DNA of 64,000 bases from an uncultured Verrucomicrobiae bacterium (GCA_963762565.1 CAVXLD010000010.1:224001-288000), one strand, 5' to 3'. Counted from the first letter of the stretch, positions 9,006-19,457 are shown. The notes: generated from the letters alone by a model not told the origin. Program-made: numbers and translations.

Positions 9006-10121
9006 ATGACTTTTGCAGACGTTTTGAAATCCAGTTCAGGGCCGAGCACGAAGACCTTGGCTGACTTTGCTAAATTGCTCGAACCGATGGACGATCGGGT
9101 GCTCACTCAACTGGCGGCGAGCGCGAAAAAAATAACCCATCGGTTCTTCGGGCGGACGATGCGGTTGTTCGCCCCCCTCTATTTTTCGAACGAATGCGTT
9201 AATAGCTGTTCTTACTGCGGTTTTTCTCGCGACAACCCGATCCTCCGAGTCACCCTAACTCTCGACCAGGTCGAACGTGAGGCGCGCTTTCTCGCCGGTC
9301 TGGGCTTTCGCAGCCTGCTCTTGGTTTCGGGTGAACATCCCAAGTTCATTTCGAACCAATATTTGGTCGATGTCGTACGCAAGGTCAGCCAAATCGTTCC
9401 TTCGGTGTCGCTGGAAGTAGCACCACTGGAGACGGATGAGTACCGGATGATGATCGGGGCAGGGGCCGAAGGCCTGATTGTGTATCAAGAGACTTATGAT
9501 CGGGCGATTTACGAGACCTTGCACACCGCCGGCCCAAAAAAGGATTTCTTCTGGCGTTTGGAAACACCGGCGCGGGCTTATGCAGCCGGATTTCGTCGTC
9601 TGGGACTCGGCGCTCTTTTCGGACTCGCGCCTTGGAGACAGGAAGCGATCGCTCTTGCCGGCCACATCGAATTCCTGCTCAAGCGATGTTGGCGGTCACA
9701 ACTTACCGTCGCGTTCCCCCGGTTACGACCCGCAGCCGGCGGCTTTCACCCTCAGCACGTATTAAATGACCGGGAACTGATCCAACTAGTCTGCGCATTC
9801 CGCGTTACCTTTCCTCAAGTCGGTATTGTGCTTAGTACTCGAGAACCGATTTGGCTGCGTGATACCCTCGTTCATTTGGGTGTAACCACGATGAGTGCCG
9901 GCAGCCGGACTTCTCCAGGCGGCTATACTGGTCAGGGAAGTGAGTCGCTACACCTAACCGTGCGAGGCCGGATCCAAAATGTGAGTGACACTAACGGTGG
10001 AGCTGAACCCCAATTCGAGATCGAGGACCACCGATCACCAAACGAAGTCGCCGAAGCTTTGGTTAAAGCCGGGATCGATCCCGTTTGGAAAGATTGGGAC
10101 GCCGCCATCTTGAATGTATGA
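9006..10121 (+). CDS. thiH: 2-iminoacetate synthase (radical SAM)
   Basis: LFAPLYFSNECVNSCSYCGF CxxxCxxC, VYQETY, SAGSRTSPGGY, WKDWD; followed by thiS. Confidence 0.93.
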   Translation: MTFADVLKSSSGPSTKTLADFAKLLEPMDDRVLTQLAASAKKITHRFFGRTMRLFAPLYFSNECVNSCSYCGFSRDNPILRVTLTLDQVEREARFLAGLGFRSLLLVSGEHPKFISNQYLVDVVRKVSQIVPSVSLEVAPLETDEYRMMIGAGAEGLIVYQETYDRAIYETLHTAGPKKDFFWRLETPARAYAAGFRRLGLGALFGLAPWRQEAIALAGHIEFLLKRCWRSQLTVAFPRLRPAAGGFHPQHVLNDRELIQLVCAFRVTFPQVGIVLSTREPIWLRDTLVHLGVTTMSAGSRTSPGGYTGQGSESLHLTVRGRIQNVSDTNGGAEPQFEIEDHRSPNEVAEALVKAGIDPVWKDWDAAILNV

Positions 10122-10318
10122 CCGCCAGAATAAACGGCGAAGCGCGGGCGATGCCGGACGGATCAACGATCTCGGATCTGTTACAAACCTTTGGTTTGCC
10201 CGCCAAGAATGTATTGGTGGAACGCAACGGTGAACCAGTTCGGCGGGATGATTTTGGCTGCCAGCACATCCAAGACGATGACTGCATCGAGATCATCAGC
10301 ATGGTCGCCGGTGGTTAA
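10118..10318 (+). CDS. thiS: Sulfur carrier protein ThiS
   Basis: MTARINGE...VERNGE...EIISMVAGG with C-terminal GG; ATGA overlap with the thiH stop. Confidence 0.92.
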   Translation: MTARINGEARAMPDGSTISDLLQTFGLPAKNVLVERNGEPVRRDDFGCQHIQDDDCIEIISMVAGG

Positions 10319-10457
10319 CCCGGCGCGATCACACCATGGAAGGTGGCGTCCTTTTGAGCGCGCCGAGGTTTTCGCCCTACCGAAACCGTCACATTCAAAT
10401 CTCGTCGTGCGCTTATCCTTCCATTTCGGTTATTATTGGTTGTCACTGGTTGCCAAG

Positions 10458-12251
10458 ATGCCGCGAATTTCGCCTGAAACGATCCAGCAGGTCGCTGCCG
10501 CCCTGAACATTGTTGATGTCGTGGGCAGCTATTTCCCTCTGAAAAAGTCGGGCATCGAGTTCCGAGCACTCTGTCCGTTTCACCAGGAGAAGACCCCGTC
10601 GTTTTACGTAAACCCAGACAAACAGACCTTTTATTGCTTTGGCTGTGGCCGGGGAGGAACCGTTTTCCAGTTCGTTCAGGAATATGAACACGTAGATTTC
10701 CCTGAGGCCGTGCGACGTTTAGCGCATCGCGCTGCTATTCCGATTATCGAGGCGGAGCCGAGTCCAGAAGAACAAGAAAAACAAAACCAGAGGAAACGCC
10801 TGCTTCGTTTGCATTTCGAAGCGGCCGATTGGTTTCATCGGAATCTGCTTCGCACCAAGGCCGGTGAAATCGCTCGCGATTACATGCGCGGGCGTCAACT
10901 TAATATCGATATTGCACGCCAATGGCGGATCGGCTATGCGCCAAATTCTTGGAACGCTTTCCGGAGTTGGGCGATTCAAGTTGGTTTTAGTAAAGAAGAA
11001 TTGGTTCTCAGCGGCCTAGTAAAGCTCCGGGACGAAGGCAACCCGCGGTCTGATGTCTACGATCGGTTCCGTGACCGTTTGATGTTTCCCATCACCAATG
11101 AGCTGGGCGAGGTGGTTGCTTTTAGCGGCCGGGTGCTGCAGCCGAAAGCAGCCGGTGGAAAATACATCAATTCTCCAGAATCGCCGTTGTTCTCGAAGGG
11201 CAATCTGTTGTTCGGGTTAGAAAAATCAAAACGAACGATCGCTCAAAGCCGACAAGCCGTGGTGTTAGAGGGTCAGGTCGATTTGATAGTCGCGTTCGCA
11301 GCCGGGATCGAAAACGTCGTGGCTCCACTTGGGACCGCCCTGACCGAACGACACGCCGCGCTGCTGAAACGATTTGCAACCGAGGTGGTCCTTTTCTTTG
11401 ATGCTGATGCTGCCGGTGAACGAGCGGCGGAGCGGGCCATCGAAGTCTTGTACGCCGCCGGTTTACAGGTTCGCCTCGGTAAGTTGCCTTCCGGTGAAGA
11501 TCCTGACTCGCTGGTGCGCAAAGAAGGAGCAGAGCAGTTTCGGCTCCGGATCAATGAGGCAAAGGATTTCCTCGAACATGAACTGGAGCGAAGCGCAACC
11601 AGGGACCAGAGCGTGGCTCAACGCGTCGAATCGGCCCATCGCATCGCGCGGTTCATCGGTCTAATATCAGAACCGGTCTTGCGTGACACCACCATCAGTC
11701 GAGTAATGGCACGGCTATCGCTGTCGCGGGAGGCGGTTGAACAGGCTATTGCCAGCCATCGGAAAGGAACCGGCAGAAACAGCTTGCTAGAACCGGTAGA
11801 AACCGGCATTGCGCAGCCCGAACACAAAATATCCGCCTTCTGCAATATCTTCATGACCGATGTCGCTACTTTGCAATGGGTCCGGAGCCAGCCGTGGAAG
11901 GAGATCCTCGCCGGTGTAGCCGGGACCGAGATTCTGATAAAAATTTTAGACTCTGATTTGCAATCGGATAACCCGGCTTCGGTATCTGCTTTTTTAGCAA
12001 CGTTGGAAGCAACCGATGCCGCGATCTTGTCTAGCGCGCTTGCCCTAAAACCAATTGAGCCGGGGCGCGCATACTGGTCCGGCTTAGTCCAAGAGGAGTT
12101 GCGCCTCCGAAAAAGCCGCATCAAAGCCGCCCTGCGCCTCAACTCAGACAAACCCGAAGCCTGTGCGCAAGCCCAGGCCGAGCTAAATCGAGTGCTAGAG
12201 CTCGAATCCCATTTCACAGCCGCCTTCAAGAACCTCGAACCGGGCTCCTAG
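10458..12251 (+). CDS. dnaG: DNA primase
   Basis: CPFHQEKTPSF/CFGC zinc finger, DRFRDRLMFPI, KYINSPE, TOPRIM EGQVD and FDADAAG. Confidence 0.96.
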   Translation: MPRISPETIQQVAAALNIVDVVGSYFPLKKSGIEFRALCPFHQEKTPSFYVNPDKQTFYCFGCGRGGTVFQFVQEYEHVDFPEAVRRLAHRAAIPIIEAEPSPEEQEKQNQRKRLLRLHFEAADWFHRNLLRTKAGEIARDYMRGRQLNIDIARQWRIGYAPNSWNAFRSWAIQVGFSKEELVLSGLVKLRDEGNPRSDVYDRFRDRLMFPITNELGEVVAFSGRVLQPKAAGGKYINSPESPLFSKGNLLFGLEKSKRTIAQSRQAVVLEGQVDLIVAFAAGIENVVAPLGTALTERHAALLKRFATEVVLFFDADAAGERAAERAIEVLYAAGLQVRLGKLPSGEDPDSLVRKEGAEQFRLRINEAKDFLEHELERSATRDQSVAQRVESAHRIARFIGLISEPVLRDTTISRVMARLSLSREAVEQAIASHRKGTGRNSLLEPVETGIAQPEHKISAFCNIFMTDVATLQWVRSQPWKEILAGVAGTEILIKILDSDLQSDNPASVSAFLATLEATDAAILSSALALKPIEPGRAYWSGLVQEELRLRKSRIKAALRLNSDKPEACAQAQAELNRVLELESHFTAAFKNLEPGS

Positions 12252-12374
12252 TAGCAGAAGAGTTAGGCAACGCCGCACTTTTCTGCTACTATAGCCTGGG
12301 TTACTCGCAACCGGCCGAGCCGCAAGGACTCGCATAGGCGGATGCGGCTCGGCCGGTTGCGAGTAATCCAGGCT
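12249..12374. repeat. Two adjacent hairpins between dnaG and rpoD
   Basis: 15-bp stem 12249-12263/12277-12291; 32-bp stem 12293-12324/12343-12374 (one G-T pair) containing GCCGAGCCG/CGGCTCGGC. Confidence 0.8.
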
Positions 12375-12526
12375 TCGTAGAAAGTAATCCTTGACCTGCG
12401 AAAGGTGTTCACAGATATTTTGCGCGCCTTTGGGTCGAGTGTCGTTAACTTGTGTCTTACCATCGCAACCATCGCGCAACTACTCCGCTCCGGCCTGGTT
12501 AATTGTTCTGACGAGCGCAGGTGCAT

Positions 12527-14413
12527 ATGCCGAGAGTCACAACTTCTAATCCGGATAAAGTTCAAACTGCTGCTCATAAAGCTCAACCGGTTGCTCTAAA
12601 GAGAGCCAAGAACGGTTCAGCCCCGCAGAAATCTAACGGTGACGCGCCAGGAGCCCTGAGCAAAAACGGCGCGTCTAAATCCAGCCGGAAAGCTGCTAAA
12701 GGACAGGCATTGCTTGCGGTTCCAACCCCTGAACCAGAATCACCTCCTGCGAACGGAGAGCACGCCGCCTCTCCGCGCATCAGCCACACCGAAACGAGTT
12801 TCGACTTGCAAGAACGTCTCCGCGAACTGGTCAAGCTAGCAAAGGAACAGGGCTATCTCACCTACGACGATATCAACGAAGCATTGCCGGAGGGAATGGC
12901 TGATCCGGACGAGATGGACCAGATCTTCGCTCAGCTTCGGTCCATGGAAGTCGATATCATCGAGGCCTCGGAGGTTGATCGGTACAAAGACGGCAAAAAA
13001 GATCTCGATGACGAAGAGGACGAGAAAGACCAAAAGCTAGACATCCTGGACGATCCGGTTCGGATGTATCTCAAACAAATGGGTCAGGTCCCGCTGCTGA
13101 CTCGCGAACAGGAGGTTGAGATTTCGAAGCGAATCGAAAATGCCGAGTTGATGGTTCAAAAGTTCATCAATCGATTCGGTTTTATTTCAGCGGCCCATAT
13201 TCAGCTGGCGCAAAAATTAATAGATGGCCGTGAACGTTTCGATCGGGTCATTTTAGATAAGAAAATTGAGAGCCGGGAACGGTACATGAAGGGTTTGGCT
13301 CGACTTTGCGCCGTGGTTGAAAAAGCAAGCAAGGACACCGCGGAATTCTACCGTAAATGGTTGAGCGCCCGCGGAACTCCGAAAGAGAACAGCGCCAAAG
13401 TCGAGTTCCAGAAAGCGCACACGGCCCTGATGAAGCTCTATCCGCGTTTCTACTTTAAGCAGAGGGTCACCGAAGAGTTCGTCCAATTGGCCGACGAGAA
13501 ACAGCGTTTAATTACTAACCTGCTCGCGGAAATCGCCCGCGCCGAGAATGCGACCGGATCGGTCAAAGAGAAATTAGCGCTCTGTAAAGGCAGGTTACTC
13601 GAGGTCGAATGCACGATCTGGCAAAAGGCCGATGATTTTGTGACCTGCCATCGGGAACTCAAAGATTGGCTAAAGAGGGCTTTGCGGGCAAAGACCGAGA
13701 TGGTTGAGGCCAACCTGCGTTTGGTCATTTCGATCGCAAAGAAGTATACCAACCGCGGCCTATCGTTTCTTGATCTTATTCAAGAAGGAAACATGGGCCT
13801 GATGAAAGCAGTGGAGAAGTTCGAGTACCGCCGCGGCTACAAGTTTTCCACCTACGCCACATGGTGGATCCGCCAGGCGATTACCCGCTCGATTGCCGAT
13901 CAAGCACGCACGATCCGTATTCCGGTGCACATGATCGAGACCATTAACAAGCTGATGCGAGTACAGAAACAGCTTGTTCAGGAATACGGCCGGGAACCCA
14001 CTCCGGAAGAGGTCGCAGAGGAGATCCAACTACCGGTCGAACGCGTACGCGCCGTGCTAAAAATGGCGCAGCAGCCTATTTCTCTGCAATCACCCGTTGG
14101 GGACAGCGAGGATACGAGTTTCGGCGATTTCATTGAGGACAAGGGGGCAGAGAATCCCAGCGATATGACGGCCGTGGTGTTGCTGCGCGAGAAGATCCGC
14201 GACGTCCTGGACACGCTCACCGAACGGGAGCGGCAAGTGCTCGAACAACGCTTTGGTCTGGTAGACGGGTACAGCCGTACCCTCGAAGAAGTCGGCCGCC
14301 AATTTAAAGTCACCCGGGAACGCATCCGCCAAATAGAAGCCAAGGCTCTCCGCAAGATGAGACATCCCACTCGGATTCGCCAGCTAGAAGGCTTTTTGGA
14401 GGCGGGTGACTAG
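12527..14413 (+). CDS. rpoD: RNA polymerase primary sigma factor
   Basis: Region 1.1 [59 protein letters not shown]. Confidence 0.98.
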   Translation: MPRVTTSNPDKVQTAAHKAQPVALKRAKNGSAPQKSNGDAPGALSKNGASKSSRKAAKGQALLAVPTPEPESPPANGEHAASPRISHTETSFDLQERLRELVKLAKEQGYLTYDDINEALPEGMADPDEMDQIFAQLRSMEVDIIEASEVDRYKDGKKDLDDEEDEKDQKLDILDDPVRMYLKQMGQVPLLTREQEVEISKRIENAELMVQKFINRFGFISAAHIQLAQKLIDGRERFDRVILDKKIESRERYMKGLARLCAVVEKASKDTAEFYRKWLSARGTPKENSAKVEFQKAHTALMKLYPRFYFKQRVTEEFVQLADEKQRLITNLLAEIARAENATGSVKEKLALCKGRLLEVECTIWQKADDFVTCHRELKDWLKRALRAKTEMVEANLRLVISIAKKYTNRGLSFLDLIQEGNMGLMKAVEKFEYRRGYKFSTYATWWIRQAITRSIADQARTIRIPVHMIETINKLMRVQKQLVQEYGREPTPEEVAEEIQLPVERVRAVLKMAQQPISLQSPVGDSEDTSFGDFIEDKGAENPSDMTAVVLLREKIRDVLDTLTERERQVLEQRFGLVDGYSRTLEEVGRQFKVTRERIRQIEAKALRKMRHPTRIRQLEGFLEAGD

Positions 14414-14449
14414 TACCAGACTCCTCTTTGAACTAAGCTGGTCCTGAAC

Positions 14450-14477
14450 GAAACTTTTTGGTGTACCGAGAGTTTAA
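14450..14477 (+). promoter_or_regulatory. Putative ECF-sigma-type promoter
   Basis: GAAAC-N17-GTTTAA, 9 nt before ATG 14487. Confidence 0.35.
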
Positions 14478-14486
14478 TCAACAGCG

Positions 14487-14831
14487 ATGAAGGACCAGGA
14501 ACACGACAATCTATGGGCCTTATTGGGGAGGGCGAAGAGGTCCGAGCCCTCTCCATTCTTCGTCGCTAAGGTCGTTACGGCTGTCCGGCATGGACACGAG
14601 AAACGAATCGCTGTGTGGCGAAACTGGTTGCGATACGGTTTACCCAGCGCCTTGGCCGGCGCATTGGCGGTGATTCTGGCTCATTTTTCCCTTCTTCCCC
14701 ATCATAGTGTAGACCGTAGACTCATTGTGGTCGCACAGACTGAGCCAGGTGACCTCGACGTTATCGCCGATCTCGACGTCGCGATGTCGTCCGAAGAGTC
14801 CTCCGTATGGCTCGATTCTTCGGCGCACTGA
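14487..14831 (+). CDS. Single-TM membrane protein, anti-sigma-factor-like
   Basis: LWALLGRA..EPSPFFVAKV N-terminus, one TM helix, acidic C-terminus DLDVIADLD. Confidence 0.6.
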   Translation: MKDQEHDNLWALLGRAKRSEPSPFFVAKVVTAVRHGHEKRIAVWRNWLRYGLPSALAGALAVILAHFSLLPHHSVDRRLIVVAQTEPGDLDVIADLDVAMSSEESSVWLDSSAH

Positions 14832-15289
14832 TTTTAGCGTTGGTCGCTGGAGGAGCGTTAGCGGACACCCCTACTCCTCAGCCTTCCGCCACGACTCAAC
14901 CGGCCTCTTCCGCCCGGATAGAGGAGATACGGAAATCGATCGAACAGTTGCCGCCGGAGCAACAAGAAAAGGTGCTGAAAAATCTGCATCGCTGGCAATC
15001 TCTGAGCCCGGAAGAGCGCGATTATCTTCGCCAGCAGGAGCGGGTACGAATCCAGAAGCAAGAAGAGTCTGTCACCGAAGCCTACCAGAAGTCAGGCTTA
15101 CATCTCACTGAGGCCCAGCGAATCCAATTTCGGAAACGGTACGTGGAAGAACGCCGGAAATTGGAAGAAGAACTCGCTAAGGAGAGCCAGGAACGGCGAA
15201 CTGTCGGCAACACCACCATCATCGAGCAATTAAAGAAAGAATTCTCGACGCCGAAACCATCTCCGACGCCGAGTGTAGCGCTGCACTGA
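14807..15289 (+). CDS. Secreted helical protein, DUF3106-like
   Basis: Signal peptide; LPPEQQEKVLKNLHRWQSLSPEER repeats. Confidence 0.65.
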   Translation: MARFFGALILALVAGGALADTPTPQPSATTQPASSARIEEIRKSIEQLPPEQQEKVLKNLHRWQSLSPEERDYLRQQERVRIQKQEESVTEAYQKSGLHLTEAQRIQFRKRYVEERRKLEEELAKESQERRTVGNTTIIEQLKKEFSTPKPSPTPSVALH

Positions 15290-15291
15290 AA

Positions 15292-15643
15292 GCGAATCGG
15301 CGAGAGGGCGAAACGGCGAAAGGGCCGATCGAAGCCCGGTGTTGGGTGGGGCGAGGCTCCGGAACCACCGACTGTATTCCCAAAGCCTGTTGTGGATTCC
15401 AACGATATCGTAAGCAAGGTCGATTCGCCGCCGAGCCGCAACCCAGCGCTATGCAGTCGAACCAAGCCTTCGATTTATCGGTGGTTTTTTTGGAGTGGTG
15501 AATCGAGGGTCACGGCTCGGCAGCGCACAGGCCTAACCCGCAACAGCCGAGGCGAATACCATTCGCTTTGGCCCGGCGTTTGAGTCCATTCCGAAGCCTC
15601 GCCCCACCGACGCTGGGCTTCGGTCGCCCATTCGCCGTTTCGC
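15292..15643. repeat. Family A split-REP element (15345-15608) nested in octamer GGCGAAAC arms
   Basis: GGTGGGGCGAGGCTCC 15345-60, GCCGAGCCG 15430-38, CGGCTCGGC 15513-21, GAAGCCTCGCCCCACC 15593-608; outer gcgaaacggcgaa/ttcgccgtttcgc. Confidence 0.85.
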
Positions 15644-15646
15644 AAA

Positions 15647-16411
15647 TCACCCCTGATCCGAAACTTCACTTGCCGTAAACGAAATCGACTGTACCGGCTC
15701 AGCGGGCACCCGTTGAGTCAGATGTTTCGATAGCACTTGGAAGTAACCCAGTGTGTCGCGAGCCGGACGAATTTTGCTCTGCTCCGCTCGGTAGATCGTT
15801 CGAATCGGGACGAAATCGATTGAGAACCCGCTACGAGCAGCCAACAACAAGCATTCGGTCTCGAAAGCGAATCCATCGCTGGACTGGAGCAGCACCGAAA
15901 GTAGACGCCGATGTGCCATTCGGTAACCGCATTGGCTATCGGGCAGTTTGCGCCGGCACAAGTTTCCGATTTGCCAGGACATGAATCGATTCGTCCAGCG
16001 ACGAACCCATGGCATTGTGGCCGGATTAATCATCCGGTTGCCCACCACCAGATCGGTCTTCGATTGTGAGGCTTTGTCTACGAATTTCGGGATCTCGCTG
16101 GGATCGTGCTGGCCATCTCCATCCAGAAAAAGGAAGTATTGATAGTTCTCCGCTGCCGCCCTTCGCAGGCCGGTCTTGATGGCCGCACCTTTTCCCAAAC
16201 GTTGCGGATGTCGGATCACAGTGGCTCCGGCCATTGCCGCCGCTGTGCCGGTGTTATCGAGGGAGTGATCATCGATCACGATGATCTTTTCTACGTGCGC
16301 TCTTACACCGCGAACGACTCCGGCGATAAAACGTTCCTCTTCATGGGCCGGAATAATGGCGCAAACCGTATCCGCAAGAGGCTCAATCATGAACTCGCGT
16401 TCAAGATTCAA
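15647..16411 (-). CDS. Glycosyltransferase family 2 (DPM synthase-like)
   Basis: IIPAHEE, VIDDHSLD, GKGAA, DGDGQH, DSQCGYR; start may be ATG 16390. Confidence 0.9.
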   Translation of the reverse strand: MNLEREFMIEPLADTVCAIIPAHEEERFIAGVVRGVRAHVEKIIVIDDHSLDNTGTAAAMAGATVIRHPQRLGKGAAIKTGLRRAAAENYQYFLFLDGDGQHDPSEIPKFVDKASQSKTDLVVGNRMINPATMPWVRRWTNRFMSWQIGNLCRRKLPDSQCGYRMAHRRLLSVLLQSSDGFAFETECLLLAARSGFSIDFVPIRTIYRAEQSKIRPARDTLGYFQVLSKHLTQRVPAEPVQSISFTASEVSDQG

Positions 16412-17310
16412 GTGCCCGACTGCCGGCGGGCGGTGGGATGATAGTCCGATGCATGATAGGAGCTCCTTACCAACGGACCGGAAGCCACATACTCAAAACC
16501 TTTGCTCAACCCGATCTCCCGATACGTTGCGAAGGTTTCCGGAGAAATATATTCCACCACAGGGAGATGCTGTGGCGTTGGCCGCAGATACTGGCCAAGT
16601 GTGAGCACTCGCACTCCGGATTCGCGCAGGTCGTCCATTGCTTGAAAAAGTTCGGGCTCGGTTTCGCCCAGACCTAGCATGATTCCGCTCTTGGTGACTA
16701 CTTCGGGGTCGATCTCTTTCGCTCGTCTCAACACCGACAAAGACAACCGATACTTGGCTCTCGACCGGACAAAAGGCGTTAGCCTTTCTACGGTTTCCAG
16801 ATTGTGATTAAAGATGTCAGGTTTGGCAGCCAACACCTCGGCCAGCGATTCCTCTCTCCCGTTGAAATCCGGAACTAGTACTTCGATAACGATGCTCGGA
16901 TCAGCGTTTCGGATTCCGTTAATCGTTCGGGCAAAATGATTTGCTCCCCCGTCCTTAAGATCGTCCCGAGCGACAGCGGTAATTACGACGTGTCTTAGTT
17001 TGAGCCGGAGCACTCCTTCAACGACGCGTTCGGGTTCGTCAGCTTCCAGGGCAAACGGCTTAGCCGTGGATACGGCACAGAATCCACACGCTCGCGTGCA
17101 TCGTTCCCCCGCGATCATGAACGTTGCAGTACCTTGGCTCCAACATTCCCAACGATTGGGGCACTGAGCTGACTCGCAGACTGTATGAAGCCGCAGATCC
17201 GAAATCAGCGCTTTGGTTGAGAAAAAAACCGGATTGGATGGCAGCCTAACCTTTATCCAGCTTGGCTTCCTGGCCTGGTGTAGGGCTGGATCAATTTTTG
17301 AACAAGACAT
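16408..17310 (-). CDS. lipA: Lipoyl synthase
   Basis: TVCESAQCPNRWECW, CTRACGFC, GQYLRP, VRSSYHA. Confidence 0.97.
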   Translation of the reverse strand: MSCSKIDPALHQARKPSWIKVRLPSNPVFFSTKALISDLRLHTVCESAQCPNRWECWSQGTATFMIAGERCTRACGFCAVSTAKPFALEADEPERVVEGVLRLKLRHVVITAVARDDLKDGGANHFARTINGIRNADPSIVIEVLVPDFNGREESLAEVLAAKPDIFNHNLETVERLTPFVRSRAKYRLSLSVLRRAKEIDPEVVTKSGIMLGLGETEPELFQAMDDLRESGVRVLTLGQYLRPTPQHLPVVEYISPETFATYREIGLSKGFEYVASGPLVRSSYHASDYHPTARRQSGT

Positions 17311-17516
17311 CGCGTATGGCGCCAAATTAGCCTGCGCCGCCGGAAAATGCATACGCATTTTTCGGCAGCGCAGGCTGTGGCAGGAGAATATTCCGGCTAC
17401 GCCGGATCATTCTCCTGCTGGTTAAGATAATCGTTTCAAGGGTCGCCATTTATTCAGAGCCCCTCCTCAAAGACGAGCGCGAAACCGGAAGCGTTACGAA
17501 CGGTCGACGACCGCAC

Positions 17517-17560
17517 AAAAAAAGCCGCAGAATGTCCGGTGTAACCGGATATTCTGCGGC
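17517..17560 (-). terminator. Rho-independent terminator of rplM-rpsI
   Basis: 16-bp stem GCCGCAGAATGTCCGG/CCGGATATTCTGCGGC followed by T7 on the minus strand. Confidence 0.8.
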
Positions 17561-17610
17561 CATAGCCTGGATCGCAGACAAATGCCTGACGCATTGTCTG
17601 CGAGACGGGC

Positions 17611-18000
17611 TTAACGCTTAGAAAACTGGAACCGCTTGCGTGCGCCGGGTTGGCCAGCTTTTTTCCGCTCTTTCATTCGCGGATCTCGCGTCAATAAGCC
17701 TTCCTCTTTCAAGACAGCGCGCATCGCGGCATCGACTTCGAGCAGCGCCCGAGCAATCCCAAGTCGAATCGCGCCTGCCTGACCGACAGGACCCCCACCA
17801 TGGGTTTTGGCCCTGACGTCGTAATTGTTCATTGTCTTGGTCACCTCGAAAGGCTTTAGAACCGTCAGCTGCAACGGGGCCGTTGGAAAATACTCCTCAA
17901 ATGGCCGACCATTGATCTCGATCACCCCGCTACCTCGCAGGAGCCTGACTCGGGCGACAGAGGTTTTGCGACGGCCTGTAGCAGTAAATGTATCCGACAT
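17611..18000 (-). CDS. rpsI: 30S ribosomal protein S9
   Basis: [10 protein letters not shown] ... [19 protein letters not shown]. Confidence 0.98.
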   Translation of the reverse strand: MSDTFTATGRRKTSVARVRLLRGSGVIEINGRPFEEYFPTAPLQLTVLKPFEVTKTMNNYDVRAKTHGGGPVGQAGAIRLGIARALLEVDAAMRAVLKEEGLLTRDPRMKERKKAGQPGARKRFQFSKR

Positions 18001-18006
18001 GGCTAG

Positions 18007-18429
18007 CTAGATGGAAATGGGTTCTTGCGCCCCGTGCGGATGTTGGTCACCGCGGTAAACCTTTAACTTGGTGTAAATCGAACGCCCAAGACGATTGTGG
18101 GGAATCATGCCTTTGACCGCATGCTCAATCAACAGTTCCGGCCGACGAGCGCGCCGGCGTTGTACCGTTTCGGATTTGTGCCCACCCACGTAACCGGAGA
18201 AACTCATGTACTCCTTTTGCGTCTCTTTCTTACCGGTCAATCGCACCTTTTCAGCATTGATGACGACCACGAAATCCCCAGTATCAACATGTGGCGTAAA
18301 TATTGGCTTTTGCTTTCCACGCAACAAATTGGCAACCTTGACGGCCACCCGGCCCAAGGGCTGGTTGCTGGCGTCTACGATGTACCACTTCCTGTCAATA
18401 TCACTAGATTTTGCTGAGAACGTAGTCAT
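18007..18429 (-). CDS. rplM: 50S ribosomal protein L13
   Basis: WYIVDA..LGR, TPHVDTGDFVVVINAEKV, AVKGMIP, HPHGAQ. Confidence 0.98.
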   Translation of the reverse strand: MTTFSAKSSDIDRKWYIVDASNQPLGRVAVKVANLLRGKQKPIFTPHVDTGDFVVVINAEKVRLTGKKETQKEYMSFSGYVGGHKSETVQRRRARRPELLIEHAVKGMIPHNRLGRSIYTKLKVYRGDQHPHGAQEPISI

Positions 18430-18453
18430 GCCGCTTTACCGAAAAGAGCGGGC

Positions 18454-18482
18454 AAAATAGGTGAATCCAATCCCAGTGTCAA
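18454..18482 (-). promoter_or_regulatory. Sigma-70 promoter of rplM-rpsI
   Basis: TTGACA(18482-18477)-N17-TATTTT(18459-18454). Confidence 0.65.
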
Positions 18483-19375
18483 CCAACAGTTTAACGAAAC
18501 TCCAGCAAAGGGAAGAGAAGTTCCCAAAGGGAAAAGAGGAATTCCCAAAGGGAAGGGAATTCCCAAAGGGAAGGGAATTCCCAAAGGGAAGGACATCGCT
18601 CGATGTACCACTGTGGTTGGTGATTCTGTTCGGAGTCCAGTTTGGACCAATTGCCCGCCTCTGCGCGGCCGATCCTGGAAACCTCTCCGTTCTGCTTCAA
18701 AGGGCGGATCACTTGGACGATACCGACCATTTTTTGGAAGCGATCGCCATCTTGAAAGAAGCAGAAAAAGGCGACCCAAAGGATGTCGAGATCCTCTACC
18801 GGATTTCGCGCGTGGAATCCGACCTGGTGGATGATCTATCCGATGAAGCCAAAAAAAAGCCCTACGCCACGGACTCCCTAGCCTATGCCAAACGCGCTAT
18901 AGAAGCCGACCCGCAAAACTCGGAAGCGCATCTTGCCGCCGCGATCGCTTACGGGGTAATGACCGATTTCGTCGATGATAGGACGAAGATGGAATACTCA
19001 AAGGTCATCAAATCGGAGGCCGAGAAAGCGATTGAGCTAGATCCGAAGAACGACTACGCCTATCTGGTCCTCGCCCGCTGGAACTTTGAAATGACGCAGC
19101 TGAACCCTTTCCTGAAGGGAATCGCCGAGATCCTTTATGGGCAAATGCCGCCGGCGTCACAGGAAAGGGCGCTCGAAGATTTCCAAAAAGCGATCGAGCT
19201 CGCTCCCGATAAGATGATTCACCATTTTTGCTATGGTGAAGCCCTGGCCAAACTCGGCCGCAAAGATCAGGCAAAGGCCGAATATCAAAAGGTACTTCGA
19301 TTGACTGCCACCTGCCGAGAGGAGCGCGGCTATCAACAGAAAGCGACCTCCGGCCTAAGAACGCTGGAGCGGTAA
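18461..19375 (+). CDS. Secreted TPR protein, paralog of 19926-20699; true start uncertain
   Basis: Hydrophobic LWLVILFGVQF signal-like stretch; shares LVLARWNFEM..LNP.LKGIAE..YGQ.PPAS with the paralog. Confidence 0.75.
   Translation: MNPIPVSTNSLTKLQQREEKFPKGKEEFPKGREFPKGREFPKGRTSLDVPLWLVILFGVQFGPIARLCAADPGNLSVLLQRADHLDDTDHFLEAIAILKEAEKGDPKDVEILYRISRVESDLVDDLSDEAKKKPYATDSLAYAKRAIEADPQNSEAHLAAAIAYGVMTDFVDDRTKMEYSKVIKSEAEKAIELDPKNDYAYLVLARWNFEMTQLNPFLKGIAEILYGQMPPASQERALEDFQKAIELAPDKMIHHFCYGEALAKLGRKDQAKAEYQKVLRLTATCREERGYQQKATSGLRTLER
18506..18592. repeat. 18-bp tandem repeat GAATTCCCAAAGGGAAGG (about 4.5 copies)
   Basis: Each unit contains the palindrome TTCCC-AAA-GGGAA; translates as EFPKGR. 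Confidence 0.85.
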
Positions 19376-19399
19376 TGGTCGCCGCCGGGACTAGCCTCA

Positions 19400-19457
19400 G
19401 ATGGGACCTATGGGACACATGGGACCTATAAGTCCTATAGGTCGCATAAGTCCCATC
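19400..19457. repeat. Nonamer (ATGGGACCT) palindromic element
   Basis: gatgggacctatgggacacatgggacct...agtcctataggtcgcataagtcccatc between convergent genes. Confidence 0.75.

Noticed and set aside
11618..12229. 203-aa antisense ORF in dnaG and similar shadow ORFs
   Set aside because: Fully antisense to well-supported genes, as expected in GC-rich coding DNA.
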